A DNA stretch of 63,980 nucleotides, counting the filler, from a bacterium (GTDB taxonomy: Bacteria; JBBIVP01): the NCBI GenBank assembly GCA_037439705.1. It is 7 parts of 7 records of this genome, joined end to end, with 100 filler letters (N's around TTAATTAATTAA, not from the genome) between each part and the next. Parts side by side here need not be neighbours in the genome. Positions count along the whole stretch, not along the records: positions 19,085 to 28,390 come from JBBIVP010000078.1; positions 28,491 to 37,573 come from JBBIVP010000079.1; 5 more parts are not named here. One strand, 5' to 3'. Shown here one piece after another: positions 19,706 to 30,269 of the stretch (within the stretch, counting starts at the first letter, position 1; each line of letters starts with the position of its first letter). The notes below the pieces were generated by a model. That model saw only the letters and a list, made by a program, of their open reading frames with translations. It did no database searches and was not told the origin of the DNA. The position numbers and the translations under genes were made by a program.

Positions 19706-22700
19706 TTATATTTTTTTAAATTCATCCGAAAATTCTTCTTCAGATTTTTCATTTTCTATCAATTCTACATCAAGTCCAAGTGCCTGAAGTTCCTTCACAA
19801 GAACATGGAAAGATTCTGGAAGCCCAGGTTTCAAATCATATTTACCTTTCTTTATACTTTCAAAAATTTCCCTTCTACCACGAACATCGTCCGATTTAAT
19901 GGTGAGAAACTCCTGCAGCAGATGAGCAGCTCCATATGCCTCAAGAGCCCAAACCTCCATTTCTCCAAGTCTCTGACCACCCCTCTGAGCCTTTCCACCG
20001 AGGGGTTGCTGGGTAATAAGAGAATACGGCCCTGTTGACCTTGCATAAACCTTATCTTCAACCATATGTTCAAGTTTCATCATATACATATACCCAACTG
20101 TCACCTTCTGATCAAAAATATCTCCTGTTCTTCCATCTCTTAACTCAACAGTACCTGATTCAGGAAGTCCAGATTTTTTGAGCATTTCCTTTATTTCGTT
20201 CTCTTTTGCTCCATCAAAAACTGGAGAAGCCACAAAAAACCCATTTTTCAAATCGGCAATAACTCTTTTGATTTCATCATCGGTCATAGAATCTATAATT
20301 TTGGAAACATTTGGAGAATTGTATAGCTCCTTTAACAACTTTCTCCATCTATTTGGTTCATTCACACCGTCTACAATTGAAGCTATTTTACTTCCAATCT
20401 CCTTGCATGCCCATCCAAGAAGGGTTTCCAGTATCTGCCCTATGTTCATTCTGGAAGGAACTCCAAGGGGATTAAGAACTATATCCAGAGGGGTCCCATC
20501 TGGAAGAAATGGCATATCTTCCACAGGAAGAACCTTAGAAATCACCCCTTTGTTACCATGTCTTCCTGCCATCTTATCGCCTACTTGAATCTTCCTCAAA
20601 GAAGCAATTGTCACCTTTACCTTCTTATTCGCTCCCACAGGGAGTTCGTCTCCTTTTCTCACAGCATTTATCTTTTCTCTATAAACCGTTTCAATAACTG
20701 CTATCTGTTCCTCAAGTTTTTCAACGAGCTTTTCAATCTGATTGACCACAGATTCTCCAGAAAGATTTTCAGCTATTTTCTTCCACAGAGAATAATGAAC
20801 CTTCTCCAGAGCATCTTCTTTAAGAACGGTTCCCTTTTTAAAAAGTAATTTCCTCTGATGCGTAAAATTACTCAGAAATGTTCTACCCACAAGAAGTGAT
20901 TTCACCTTTTCAAAAATACTCTTCTTAACAAATTCTATTTCCTCAACCTTCTCATCAAGAAGTTTCTTTATGATTTTACTCTGTTCTTTACTTTCGGACC
21001 CCTTCCTTACAAAAACCTTTACATCAATTACTATTCCTTCTGTACCTGGTGAAGTTCTCAAAGACGAATCTTTAACATCGCCTGCTTTATCGCCAAAAAT
21101 TGCCTTCAGAAGCTTTTCCTCAGGAGACAAAATTGTCTCGCCTTTCGGGGTAACCTTTCCTACCAGTATATCACCTGGCTTTACTCTCGCACCAATCCTT
21201 ATTATTCCATCCTCATCAAGATTAAGTAAAGCTTCTTCAGGAACACCTGGCACATCCCTTGTAATTTCTTCGGGTCCAAGTTTCGTTTCCCGTGCCTCGC
21301 ATTCATATTCTTCAATGTGAATTGATGTATACACATCATCCCTTACCAATTTTTCGCTTATAAGAATTGAGTCTTCGTAATTATATCCTCCCCACGATAA
21401 AAATCCCACTAAAACATTTCTACCAAGAGCGAGCTCGCCTTTTTCAATACATGGACCATCAGCAAGCACCTGTCCTTTTTTAACAAACTCTCCCCTTCGC
21501 ACAGCTGGTTTCTGATTTATACATGTCTTCTGATTGCTCCTTTTGTATTTCTTTAAAGTGTATATCTTTATTTTGTCCTCCTCATCAGGGTGGTCCTTAT
21601 CTTTAATCCTCAATACAATCCTTGTTCCGTCCACATATTCAACTATCCCTGAACGATCTGCGGTAATTGCATAACCCGAATCCACTGCTACCTTCCATTC
21701 AAGACCCGTTCCAACAAAAGGGGCTTCTGATTTAATAAGAGGAACTGCCTGTCTTTCCATATTTGAACCCATAAGAGCCCTGTTAGCATCATCGTGCTCA
21801 AGAAATGGAATGAGAGAAGCAGAAACTCCCACGAGCTGAGCAGGCACCACATCCATCAACTCTACCTTTTCTCTATTGACTTTTATTATTTCCCCTCCCT
21901 TTCTTGCTACTACGATTTTATCTTTTATATATCCGTTTTCATCCAGAGGAGTATCTGCTGGAACAATGGTAAATTTTTCCTCCTCAAGAGCACTAAGATA
22001 CACTATCTCCCATGTAAGTTTTCCATTTATTACTTTCCTGTATGGTGTTTGAAGGTATCCAAATCTATCAACCTTTGCGTATGTAGCGAGAGAGGTGATT
22101 ATTCCTATATTCTGCCCCTCTGGTGTCTCAATAGGACATATCTTTCCATAATGTGAAGGGTGAACATCTCTAACTTCATATCCTGCTCTCTCCCTTGTCA
22201 ATCCACCTGGACCAAGTGCGCTCAGCCTTCGTTTATGGGTCATTTCTGAAAGCGGATTTACCTGTTCCATGAACTGGCACAAAGAATTCGTGTTGAAAAA
22301 GTCTTTCACAGCAGAGATGGCTGGTTTGAAATTTATAACATCACCTGCCTTCAAAATTGAAGAGGTCTGAAGGGTGCTTAACCTCTCTGCTGTCATCCTC
22401 GCCACTTTTTTCATACCTGAAAGGAAATACATCTCAATCAGTTCGCTTCCAGCTCTCACTCTTCTATTTCCAAGATGGTCAATATCATCAAATTGCCCTC
22501 TCTGATTTCTTAACCAGAAAAGTTTCTTCACTATTAAAAACAAATCTTCCTCAGTAAGTGCCCTGCTCTCAATGGGCACATCTCTCTCAAGAGCCATATT
22601 AATTTTGTGCCTTCCAATGTAAGAAAGGTCGTATATTTCCGGATTGAAAAACATATTGTGGATGAACTTCATTTTCTCCTCAAATAGAACCTGTTCGTTG

Positions 22701-23848
22701 GGCTTGAGTTTAACAAATATCTCATTTATAGCCTCTTCTTTTGTTCTGGCGGTATCAATTTTTAGAGTATCAACAATAGAAGCGTAAATGTACATGTTAT
22801 CAAAATATACAATTTCAAATTCAGAAATTTTGAGTTTTCTCAGATCTTCAAGCATAGCAGGTGTAATTTCATCCAGTGCATAGAACAAAACCTCTCCTGT
22901 GTTAGGATGTTTTATATCAGAAGCGAGAACTTTCCCGTATAAAGATTCTTCGTCAACTGGTAGTTTTTCTATTTTGTTTTCAAGTAATGCCTTAACTATA
23001 TCTTCTCCGAACCTTTTGCCTTTTTCTAAAATAATTTTTCCAGAGGCGTCAACTATATCTACACTTGAAACCTGATATTTAAGCACCTGTGGATTTATCG
23101 CCTTATAAATTCCGTTCTTTTCTATTAATATCCTTTCAATTGGATACATCCCTTTGAGAATATCTTCTTCTGTATATCCAAATGCTTTCAGAAGAGTAGT
23201 TGCTGTAATTTTTTTCTTTTTCTCTATCTTAACTACAATCCTGTCTTTGTTATCAAACTCGAAATCCATCCACGAACCATGGTATGGAATTATCCTCGCT
23301 ATAAAATAATGCCTTCCTGTGCTTTTAAACTTTGACTTATCTATTTCAAAAAACACACCGGGTGACCTGTGAAGCTGATTAACTATTACCTTCTGCGACC
23401 CATTCATAACAAAATGACCTGTAGGTGTCATGAATGGAATCTCTCCAACAAATACATCTTTAAGCTCTCTTACTTCACGAAGCACCTTACCGTTCTCGTT
23501 CTCTTCATAGATAAAAAGTTCCATAGTCACCTTAAGTGCCCCAGCGTAACTTATTCCTTTCTCAACACATTCTTCGGGTGAGAAAGGAGGTGGTGTAATA
23601 CTGTATGATTTATATCTTAACTCAGCCAATCCGTTAGAAGCAACAATAGGAAAGACTTCTCTGAAAACCCTTTCTATTCCAACGCTTTTATCTCTTTTTT
23701 CAGGAGGGACATCCATCTGAAGAAATTTTTTGTAAGACTCTCTTTGGAAATCGAGAAAATAGGATGGTTCAACAGGATATCCTATTTTCCCAAACAAACT
23801 CCTCATTCGTAAATTATTATATAGTACTTTCATCTTCCCCTCATACAT
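19706..23848 (-). CDS. rpoB: RNA polymerase beta subunit
   Basis: QLHRSPG, HKRRLSALGPGG, GDKMAGRHGNKG, GGQRLGEME. Start may be the ATG at 23833. Confidence 0.98.
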   Translation of the reverse strand: MYEGKMKVLYNNLRMRSLFGKIGYPVEPSYFLDFQRESYKKFLQMDVPPEKRDKSVGIERVFREVFPIVASNGLAELRYKSYSITPPPFSPEECVEKGISYAGALKVTMELFIYEENENGKVLREVRELKDVFVGEIPFMTPTGHFVMNGSQKVIVNQLHRSPGVFFEIDKSKFKSTGRHYFIARIIPYHGSWMDFEFDNKDRIVVKIEKKKKITATTLLKAFGYTEEDILKGMYPIERILIEKNGIYKAINPQVLKYQVSSVDIVDASGKIILEKGKRFGEDIVKALLENKIEKLPVDEESLYGKVLASDIKHPNTGEVLFYALDEITPAMLEDLRKLKISEFEIVYFDNMYIYASIVDTLKIDTARTKEEAINEIFVKLKPNEQVLFEEKMKFIHNMFFNPEIYDLSYIGRHKINMALERDVPIESRALTEEDLFLIVKKLFWLRNQRGQFDDIDHLGNRRVRAGSELIEMYFLSGMKKVARMTAERLSTLQTSSILKAGDVINFKPAISAVKDFFNTNSLCQFMEQVNPLSEMTHKRRLSALGPGGLTRERAGYEVRDVHPSHYGKICPIETPEGQNIGIITSLATYAKVDRFGYLQTPYRKVINGKLTWEIVYLSALEEEKFTIVPADTPLDENGYIKDKIVVARKGGEIIKVNREKVELMDVVPAQLVGVSASLIPFLEHDDANRALMGSNMERQAVPLIKSEAPFVGTGLEWKVAVDSGYAITADRSGIVEYVDGTRIVLRIKDKDHPDEEDKIKIYTLKKYKRSNQKTCINQKPAVRRGEFVKKGQVLADGPCIEKGELALGRNVLVGFLSWGGYNYEDSILISEKLVRDDVYTSIHIEEYECEARETKLGPEEITRDVPGVPEEALLNLDEDGIIRIGARVKPGDILVGKVTPKGETILSPEEKLLKAIFGDKAGDVKDSSLRTSPGTEGIVIDVKVFVRKGSESKEQSKIIKKLLDEKVEEIEFVKKSIFEKVKSLLVGRTFLSNFTHQRKLLFKKGTVLKEDALEKVHYSLWKKIAENLSGESVVNQIEKLVEKLEEQIAVIETVYREKINAVRKGDELPVGANKKVKVTIASLRKIQVGDKMAGRHGNKGVISKVLPVEDMPFLPDGTPLDIVLNPLGVPSRMNIGQILETLLGWACKEIGSKIASIVDGVNEPNRWRKLLKELYNSPNVSKIIDSMTDDEIKRVIADLKNGFFVASPVFDGAKENEIKEMLKKSGLPESGTVELRDGRTGDIFDQKVTVGYMYMMKLEHMVEDKVYARSTGPYSLITQQPLGGKAQRGGQRLGEMEVWALEAYGAAHLLQEFLTIKSDDVRGRREIFESIKKGKYDLKPGLPESFHVLVKELQALGLDVELIENEKSEEEFSDEFKKI

Positions 23849-23883
23849 AAGGTTTTAAAAGGTTATATTTTCTCAGCCTAATA

Positions 23884-24309
23884 CTAATACTTGAACTCCA
23901 CTTTTGCTCCTTCCTTTTCCAGCTGTTCTTTCATCTTTTTGGCTTCTTCAATGGGAACACGCTCCTTCACTACAGAAGGAACATTATCAACCAGTTCCTT
24001 TGCCTCCTTGAGAGGAAGTCCGGTGATAGCCCTTATTTCCTTTATAACCTGTAGCTTTTTATCCCCACTATCCACAAGCATCAATGTAACCTCATTCGGT
24101 TCCTCTTCTTTCTTAGCCTCTGCTGGTGCAGAAGGAGCAACCACCGCAGCGGGAACTGCAACAGGTATCTGGGCGCTAACACCAAATTTTTCCTCAAGAG
24201 CCTTCACTAATTGATTGAGTTCCATAGCATTCATAGAAGCAATCGCTTCTACTATCTCCGATATCTTAGTCTTTCCTTCTTCTTTCTCTTTTTTTACAGC
24301 TTCTTCCAT
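23884..24309 (-). CDS. rplL: 50S ribosomal protein L7/L12
   Basis: ELNQLVKALEEKFGVSA, Ala-rich hinge, LKEAKELVD. Confidence 0.95.
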   Translation of the reverse strand: MEEAVKKEKEEGKTKISEIVEAIASMNAMELNQLVKALEEKFGVSAQIPVAVPAAVVAPSAPAEAKKEEEPNEVTLMLVDSGDKKLQVIKEIRAITGLPLKEAKELVDNVPSVVKERVPIEEAKKMKEQLEKEGAKVEFKY

Positions 24310-24310
24310 T

Positions 24311-24835
24311 TCAATTTTCCTCCTTCTTTTTCTTTATTGTATAAATTGTATTTATTACAGAGGTATAAGGACTCCCAATAATGTAAATCAATCTTGTCAG
24401 AGGAGAGCGTAGAAGTCCTATCAACTGGCCAATCAATTCGTTCTTTCCAGGAAGAGTAGAAAGTTCTTCCATCATTTTAGGATTTATAAATTTAAAATCG
24501 TATATTCCGCCTTTTATTTTTAGGTTCTCCTTATCCTTTAGGTGGGAAATCAAACTCTTAGCCATCTCTAATGGATCTCCTTTACAGAAAACTACCATTG
24601 TTGTATTCTGAAAAACATCGTCATTCGTCTCCATCCCCATATCCAGAAGAACCCTTCTCAACAAAGTATTTTTTACTACTTTCGCCTCTCCATCTCGCCT
24701 TTTCAAGTCCTTTTTAAATTCTATTACTTCCTGAACAGAAATACCCTTGAAGGTCAAAAAGAACAAAGCCTTTGACGAATTTATTGCCTCTTTCAACCTA
24801 TTCATGTAATTAATTTTTTCCTCAAGCCTTCTCAT
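24311..24835 (-). CDS. rplJ: 50S ribosomal protein L10
   Basis: KVVKNTLL, LSTLPG; position between rplA and rplL. Confidence 0.92.
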   Translation of the reverse strand: MRRLEEKINYMNRLKEAINSSKALFFLTFKGISVQEVIEFKKDLKRRDGEAKVVKNTLLRRVLLDMGMETNDDVFQNTTMVVFCKGDPLEMAKSLISHLKDKENLKIKGGIYDFKFINPKMMEELSTLPGKNELIGQLIGLLRSPLTRLIYIIGSPYTSVINTIYTIKKKKEEN

Positions 24836-24838
24836 TTA

Positions 24839-25546
24839 TCATCCCCTTATCCAGTTATAAATTTCTGAAACCCCGCATTTTATACCGGGTCCCATTGTAG
24901 CAGATAGTGTTATACTTTTAAAATAACTCCCCTTGCTTGAAGGTGGTTTCGCTTTAATAAGAGCCTCAAGAGCGGTCTTTATATTTTCCTTGAGCTTCTC
25001 TATGTCAAAAGAAATCTTCCCAACAACCAGATGCACATTTCCACCCTTATCAGTTTTAAATTCCACCTTACCCGCCTTTGCTTCTTTAATCGCCTTAGCC
25101 ACATCAAAAGTTACTGTTCCTGTCTTGGGATTTGGCATCAATCCATGAGGTCCAAGAATTTTTCCTATTTTACCCACAGCTGGCATCATATCAGGAGTAG
25201 CTACTGCAATATCTAAATCCATCCATCCATCCTGAATTTTTTTTATCAAATCCTCACCTCCAACATAGTCAGCCCCAGCATTTCTCGCTTCGGTCTCCTT
25301 ATCCCCCTTTGCAAAAACCAGAACTTTCCTTTCCTTACCAATTCCATGAGGAAGAACCACAGCTCCTCTTACCATCTGGTCGGATTTTTTTGGGTCAATT
25401 CCCAATCTTACATTCAAAAGCACACTTCCATCAAATTTCGTGTAGGATGTCCTTTTTACCAAATCTACTGCTTCGTCTATAGAATACCTTTTTGTTCTAT
25501 CCACTAATTTAAGAGCATTTAAATACTTTTTCCCTCTCTTCGCCAT
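24839..25546 (-). CDS. rplA: 50S ribosomal protein L1
   Basis: [35 protein letters not shown]. Confidence 0.97.
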   Translation of the reverse strand: MAKRGKKYLNALKLVDRTKRYSIDEAVDLVKRTSYTKFDGSVLLNVRLGIDPKKSDQMVRGAVVLPHGIGKERKVLVFAKGDKETEARNAGADYVGGEDLIKKIQDGWMDLDIAVATPDMMPAVGKIGKILGPHGLMPNPKTGTVTFDVAKAIKEAKAGKVEFKTDKGGNVHLVVGKISFDIEKLKENIKTALEALIKAKPPSSKGSYFKSITLSATMGPGIKCGVSEIYNWIRG

Positions 25547-25548
25547 TT

Positions 25549-25983
25549 TTAATCCTCTACAATTAATCCCATACTCCTTGCAGTCCCCTCAATAATTTTT
25601 TCTGCCTTCTCCAGAGCATCAACATTTAAATCTGGAAGCTTTATTTTAGCGATCTCTCTTATGTCGCTTCTCTTAATCCTTCCAACCACTTCTCTCCCGG
25701 GATTTGTCGCCCCTTTTTCCAGTTTTGCTCTTGCTCTTAATAAAGCTGATGTCAAAGGTGTTTTTATCTGAAATGTAAATGACCTGTCAGAGTAAATTGT
25801 AATTTTTACTGGAAGAATCAAATCTTTTGACATATTTTTGGTTTTCTCATTAAAATGTTTGCAGAATTCCATAATGTTTACTTGATACTGTCCCAACGCA
25901 GGACCAACTGGCGGAGCAGGTGTAGCTCCCGCTGGAGGAAGTTGAAGTTTGACATTTGCAATTTTTTTCTTCAATACTGCCAT
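25549..25983 (-). CDS. rplK: 50S ribosomal protein L11
   Basis: [27 protein letters not shown]. Confidence 0.96.
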   Translation of the reverse strand: MAVLKKKIANVKLQLPPAGATPAPPVGPALGQYQVNIMEFCKHFNEKTKNMSKDLILPVKITIYSDRSFTFQIKTPLTSALLRARAKLEKGATNPGREVVGRIKRSDIREIAKIKLPDLNVDALEKAEKIIEGTARSMGLIVED

Positions 25984-25993
25984 CTTTCGCCTC

Positions 25994-26566
25994 CTACGAA
26001 ATTTTTTCCACCTGAGAAAACTCTAATTCCACCGGCGTGGACCTTCCGAATATACTTATTAAAACCCTTAATCTTTTTTTATCAAGAAAAACTGCTTCCA
26101 CTTCACCATTAAAATTCATAAATGGGCCGTCTTTTACTCTAACCTTATCTCCCACATCGTAGGCAACAAGTGTGCGAAGTTCTCCCTTTTCTATCCTTTT
26201 CTTCAATTCTTCTACCTCGTTGTCTGGGACAGGGGTGGGCTCATTTTTTACTCCAAGAATTCCCATTACATAAGGAGTGTATCTTACAACCTTCCACAGT
26301 TTTGACCACTCTTCAGCCTTTTTTTCATCTTTCTTCCTTTCTTCAGGAGGTATGTATTCCACGTGTATAATTATATATCCTGGAAATACTATTTTTTCTT
26401 TTTTCTTCTTCGGACTATCTTCCTTCAACTTATCATTGGTTTTTGGAATAAATATCTCATCTACTTTATCCTCCAATCCGCTTTCCTTTAACCTTTTAAA
26501 AATACTGTCCCTTACAGCTGTTTCAAATCCTGATAGAACATGGAGTATGAACCACCTTTTTTCCAT
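25994..26566 (-). CDS. nusG: Transcription termination/antitermination factor NusG
   Basis: [18 protein letters not shown] domain [17 protein letters not shown]. Confidence 0.96.
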   Translation of the reverse strand: MEKRWFILHVLSGFETAVRDSIFKRLKESGLEDKVDEIFIPKTNDKLKEDSPKKKKEKIVFPGYIIIHVEYIPPEERKKDEKKAEEWSKLWKVVRYTPYVMGILGVKNEPTPVPDNEVEELKKRIEKGELRTLVAYDVGDKVRVKDGPFMNFNGEVEAVFLDKKRLRVLISIFGRSTPVELEFSQVEKIS

Positions 26567-26772
26567 TACCCTAAAATTTTATTCAATAAAGAAATAAGAG
26601 ATTGAATCAGCATGTCTACCAGCCCGAGATATAAAGAGGTAAGAATAATCAGAATTATAACAACAGCAGTAGCACCCAGCGTCTCTCTTCTCGTTGGCCA
26701 TGTCACTTTTTTCAATTCCTGCCATGTTTCTATCAAGAAACTTTTTAATTCTTTAAAACTTTTTATTTTCAC
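26566..26772 (-). CDS. secE: Preprotein translocase subunit SecE
   Basis: ELKKVTWPTRRE followed by a TM helix. Start moved to GTG 26772 because the ORF-track start lies inside tRNA-Trp. Confidence 0.92.
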   Translation of the reverse strand: MKIKSFKELKSFLIETWQELKKVTWPTRRETLGATAVVIILIILTSLYLGLVDMLIQSLISLLNKILG

Positions 26773-26784
26773 CTTTCTTTCACT

Positions 26785-26858
26785 CAGGTCAGGGGGGATT
26801 CGAACCCCCATCCTCCGGTTTTGGAGACCGGCGCTCTTCCAGTTAGAGCTACTGACCT
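26785..26858 (-). tRNA. tRNA-Trp (CCA anticodon); 3' CCA not encoded
   Basis: Acceptor AGGTCAG/CTGACCT; anticodon arm CCGGT-CTCCAAA-ACCGG; GTTCGAATC T-loop; canonical position before secE. Confidence 0.95.
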
Positions 26859-27006
26859 ATTTAACCTCTTTATGCAGCGTCTGTTTTCCACAAAATGGAC
26901 AAAACTTTTTCAATTCTAACCTCTCCGGAGTATTCTTCTTGTTTTTTATAGAAGTGTAATTCCTCCTTTTACATTGCTGACATTCAAAGTGAATTATAAC
27001 TCTCAT
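26857..27006 (-). CDS. rpmG: 50S ribosomal protein L33, zinc-binding form (not in ORF track)
   Basis: Hand translation: [49 protein letters not shown]. Confidence 0.96.
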   Translation of the reverse strand: MRVIIHFECQQCKRRNYTSIKNKKNTPERLELKKFCPFCGKQTLHKEVK

Positions 27007-27023
27007 TTTTTCTTATGTCAATA

Positions 27024-28220
27024 CTATTTCAATATCTTTGTCACCACGCCAGCCCCAACTGTCTTTCCACCTTCTCTTATGGCGAACCTCAATCCTTCTT
27101 CCATAGCAATTGGGGTTATAAGATCAACCTTAAAATTAATTCTGTCCCCTGGCATAACCATCTGGACGCCTTCAGGAAGTATAATTGTGCCTGTTACATC
27201 AGTAGTTCTGAAATAAAATTGCGGACGATACTTGCTGAAAAATGGAGTATGCCTTCCACCTTCTTCCTTGGAAAGCACATAAACCTCCGCTTCAAATTCT
27301 GTATGAGGAGTAATGGTACCTGGAGCTGCCACAACCATACCCCTTTCAACTTCATCCTTTTTTGTTCCCCTTAAAAGAATATTATCTCCAGCAATTCCCT
27401 CATCAAGTACCTTGCGGAACATTTCAACACCAGTTGCTACAGTCTTTATAGGTTCATCTCTTAACCCCACAATTTCAACCTCATCCCCAACCTTTATCTT
27501 CCCTCTCTCTACCCTTCCTGTCACCACGGTACCTCTTCCACTGATACTGAACACATCCTCTATCGGCATAAGAAATGGCTTATCAATTGGTCTCTCAGGT
27601 TGTGGAATAAAATTATCTATAGCGTCAATAAGTTCCCATACAGGACCACACCACTGACAATCTTTCTTTCCACATCCGCACTCACCCGCTTTCAAAGCAC
27701 TCCCTCTTATTATCGGGGTTTTATCTCCTGGAAATTCATATTTTGTCAAAAGTTCTCTTATCTCAATCTCCACAAGGTCAAGTAACTCCTTGTCTGGAAC
27801 CATATCTATCTTGTTCATAAATACAATAATTGATGGAACCCCCACCTGTCTTGCAAGAAGAATGTGTTCCCTTGTCTGAGGCATAGGACCATCATCTGCA
27901 GCCACAACCAAAATTGATCCATCCATCTGAGCTGCTCCTGTTATCATGTTTTTTATGTAATCCGCGTGACCTGGACAGTCAATATGTGCATAGTGCCTTT
28001 TTGGAGACTCATATTCTATATGAGAAATAGCTATGGTAATTCCCCTCGCCTTTTCTTCAGGAGCTTTATCTATTTCTTCAAAAGGAATAAACTTCGCAAG
28101 ATTCTCCTTTGAAAGGATCTTTGTCATCGCCGATGTGAGAGTAGTCTTACCGTGGTCAATATGTCCTATGGTTCCTACATTCACATGTGGTTTTTTCCTC
28201 TCAAACTTTGCCTTTGCCAT
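27024..28220 (-). CDS. tuf: Elongation factor Tu
   Basis: [41 protein letters not shown]. Confidence 0.98.
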   Translation of the reverse strand: MAKAKFERKKPHVNVGTIGHIDHGKTTLTSAMTKILSKENLAKFIPFEEIDKAPEEKARGITIAISHIEYESPKRHYAHIDCPGHADYIKNMITGAAQMDGSILVVAADDGPMPQTREHILLARQVGVPSIIVFMNKIDMVPDKELLDLVEIEIRELLTKYEFPGDKTPIIRGSALKAGECGCGKKDCQWCGPVWELIDAIDNFIPQPERPIDKPFLMPIEDVFSISGRGTVVTGRVERGKIKVGDEVEIVGLRDEPIKTVATGVEMFRKVLDEGIAGDNILLRGTKKDEVERGMVVAAPGTITPHTEFEAEVYVLSKEEGGRHTPFFSKYRPQFYFRTTDVTGTIILPEGVQMVMPGDRINFKVDLITPIAMEEGLRFAIREGGKTVGAGVVTKILK

Positions 28221-28248
28221 CTTTTCTACCTCCTGTAATTATCTTCAA

Positions 28249-28321
<73 letters not shown>

Positions 28322-28334
28322 ATAACCTTCTATA

Positions 28335-28390
28335 TGGAGCGGGAAACGGGATTCGAACCCGCGACCCTCAGCTTGGAAGGCTGATGCTCT
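28335..28390 (-). tRNA. tRNA-Gly (TCC), 5' part cut by gap; CCA encoded
   Basis: TCAGC-CTTCCAA-GCTGA anticodon arm, GGTTCGAATCC, ends TCCA. Confidence 0.9.
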
Positions 28391-28490
28391 NNNNNNNNNN
28401 NNNNNNNNNNNNNNNNNNNNNNNNNNNNNNNNNNTTAATTAATTAANNNNNNNNNNNNNNNNNNNNNNNNNNNNNNNNNNNNNNNNNNNN
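28391..28490. other. Artificial contig linker
   Basis: N run with TTAATTAATTAA. Confidence 0.98.
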
Positions 28491-29724
28491 TGAGGGAACA
28501 ATAAGGGAGATGTATGGGGATATCGCCATAGGACATGTTAGATACTCCACAACAGGAACATCGGATATAAAAAATGCTCAGCCATTTGTGGTTGAATTTT
28601 CAAAAGGTCCTATAGCGGTTGCCCACAATGGAAACCTTGTAAATGCATACGAGATAAGAAAAGAACTGGAAGGAGACGGTTCAATTTTCCAGTCAACTAT
28701 GGATACCGAGGTGATAGTTCATCTCATTGCAAAATCAAGGGCGAGGAGCCTTGAGGAGTGTATATTTGAAAGTTTGATGAGAATAAAGGGTGCCTTTTCA
28801 CTGGTTTTCCTTTCAAAAGATATGCTCATTACTGCAAGAGACCCTTATGGATTTCGTCCACTTGTCCTCGGAAGGCTGAAAAGGAGTTATATAATAGCAT
28901 CTGAGACCTGCGCCTTTGACCTGATTGATGCTGAATATATAAGAGAAATTGAGCCAGGAGAGGTTCTTTATATAACAAAGGATTCCGTATTTTCCGAAAG
29001 ACTTCCATCGCCTCCGAGAAGGGCATTTTGCATATTTGAGCATGTATATTTCTCAAGACCTGACAGCATAGTCTTCGGGAAGGGCGCGTACTCCACAAGA
29101 GTTAAGATGGGCAGGATTCTTGCAAGGGAAGCTCCTGTTGATGCAGATATAGTGATTCCTGTTCCAGATTCTGGTATGCCCGCTGCCATAGGATATTCAA
29201 GAGAGTCAGGCATACCAATAGAGATGGGTTTTATAAGAAGTCATTATGTTGGCAGGACATTTATTGAACCAGAAGAATCAATAAGGCATTTTGGGGTAAA
29301 ATTGAAATTGAACGCACAGAGAGAAGTATTGAATGGGAAAAGGGTTGTAGTGATAGATGATTCAATCGTTCGGGGAACCACATCAAGGAAGATAATAAAG
29401 ATGGTGAGGGATGCTGGAGCAAGGGAGGTTCATGTCAGGATAAGTTCTCCGCCCATAATAGCACCCTGTTATTATGGGATAGACACGCCGACAAAAAAGG
29501 AACTCATAGCTTCATCCCTTTCAGTTGAAGAAATAAGGAAATTTATCCTTGCGGATACACTATATTATCTGAGCCTGGATGGAATGGTTGAGGCTACAGG
29601 GCTAAACAGAAATGATTTTTGCCTGGCGTGTTTCACAGAAAGATATCCAGTTGAGGTTCCATCAGCCATTGAAGAATCGCAGTTGAAGTTCATATTTGAG
29701 CAGATATATGTCAGAGATAGATAA
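28491..29724 (+). CDS. purF: Amidophosphoribosyltransferase, 5'-truncated
   Basis: [50 protein letters not shown]. The N-terminal Cys is lost in the gap. Confidence 0.96.
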
Positions 29725-30265
29725 TCTTAAATTACTTATTCTAACCCTTGCTTTAAAAAGAGGAGATTTTATTCTTGCATCAGGAAAGAGAAGCAATTAT
29801 TACATTGACATGCGTGAGGTTACATTACATCCAGAAGGGATGTATCTCGTTGGAAAGATAATGTTTCAGATGATAGAGGAGAAAAGGAAAGGTGGTTTGC
29901 AGATTGAAGCAGTAGGAGGGGTTACACTCGGCGGTGACCCGATAGTTTCTTCAACAGCACTTATTTCATATATTGAGAGGAAGCCTGTTATCCCGTTCAT
30001 AATAAGAAAGGAACCAAAATCACATGGAACAGGTCAATGGATTGAGGGGGTAGGCAATTTAAGAAAAGGAATGGTGACGGTTATCCTTGAGGATGTGGTA
30101 ACCACCGGAGGTTCATCCCTCAAGGCAGTCAAAATTTCAAGAGAGCACGGGCTTGATGTAAGAGGAGTATTTGCTCTTGTTGACAGGGAAGAAGGCGGAA
30201 GAGTGGAGATAGAAAAAGAAGGTCTATTTTTTCATCCGGTTTTCAGCATAAAGGAGCTTTTGTAG
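29708..30265 (+). CDS. pyrE: Orotate phosphoribosyltransferase
   Basis: [35 protein letters not shown]. Confidence 0.94.
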   Translation: MSEIDNLKLLILTLALKRGDFILASGKRSNYYIDMREVTLHPEGMYLVGKIMFQMIEEKRKGGLQIEAVGGVTLGGDPIVSSTALISYIERKPVIPFIIRKEPKSHGTGQWIEGVGNLRKGMVTVILEDVVTTGGSSLKAVKISREHGLDVRGVFALVDREEGGRVEIEKEGLFFHPVFSIKELL

Positions 30266-30269
30266 TATT

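Noticed and set aside
24836-24838. L10 leader RNA upstream of rplJ
   Set aside because: Only 3 nt separate rplA and rplJ, leaving no room for an intergenic leader.
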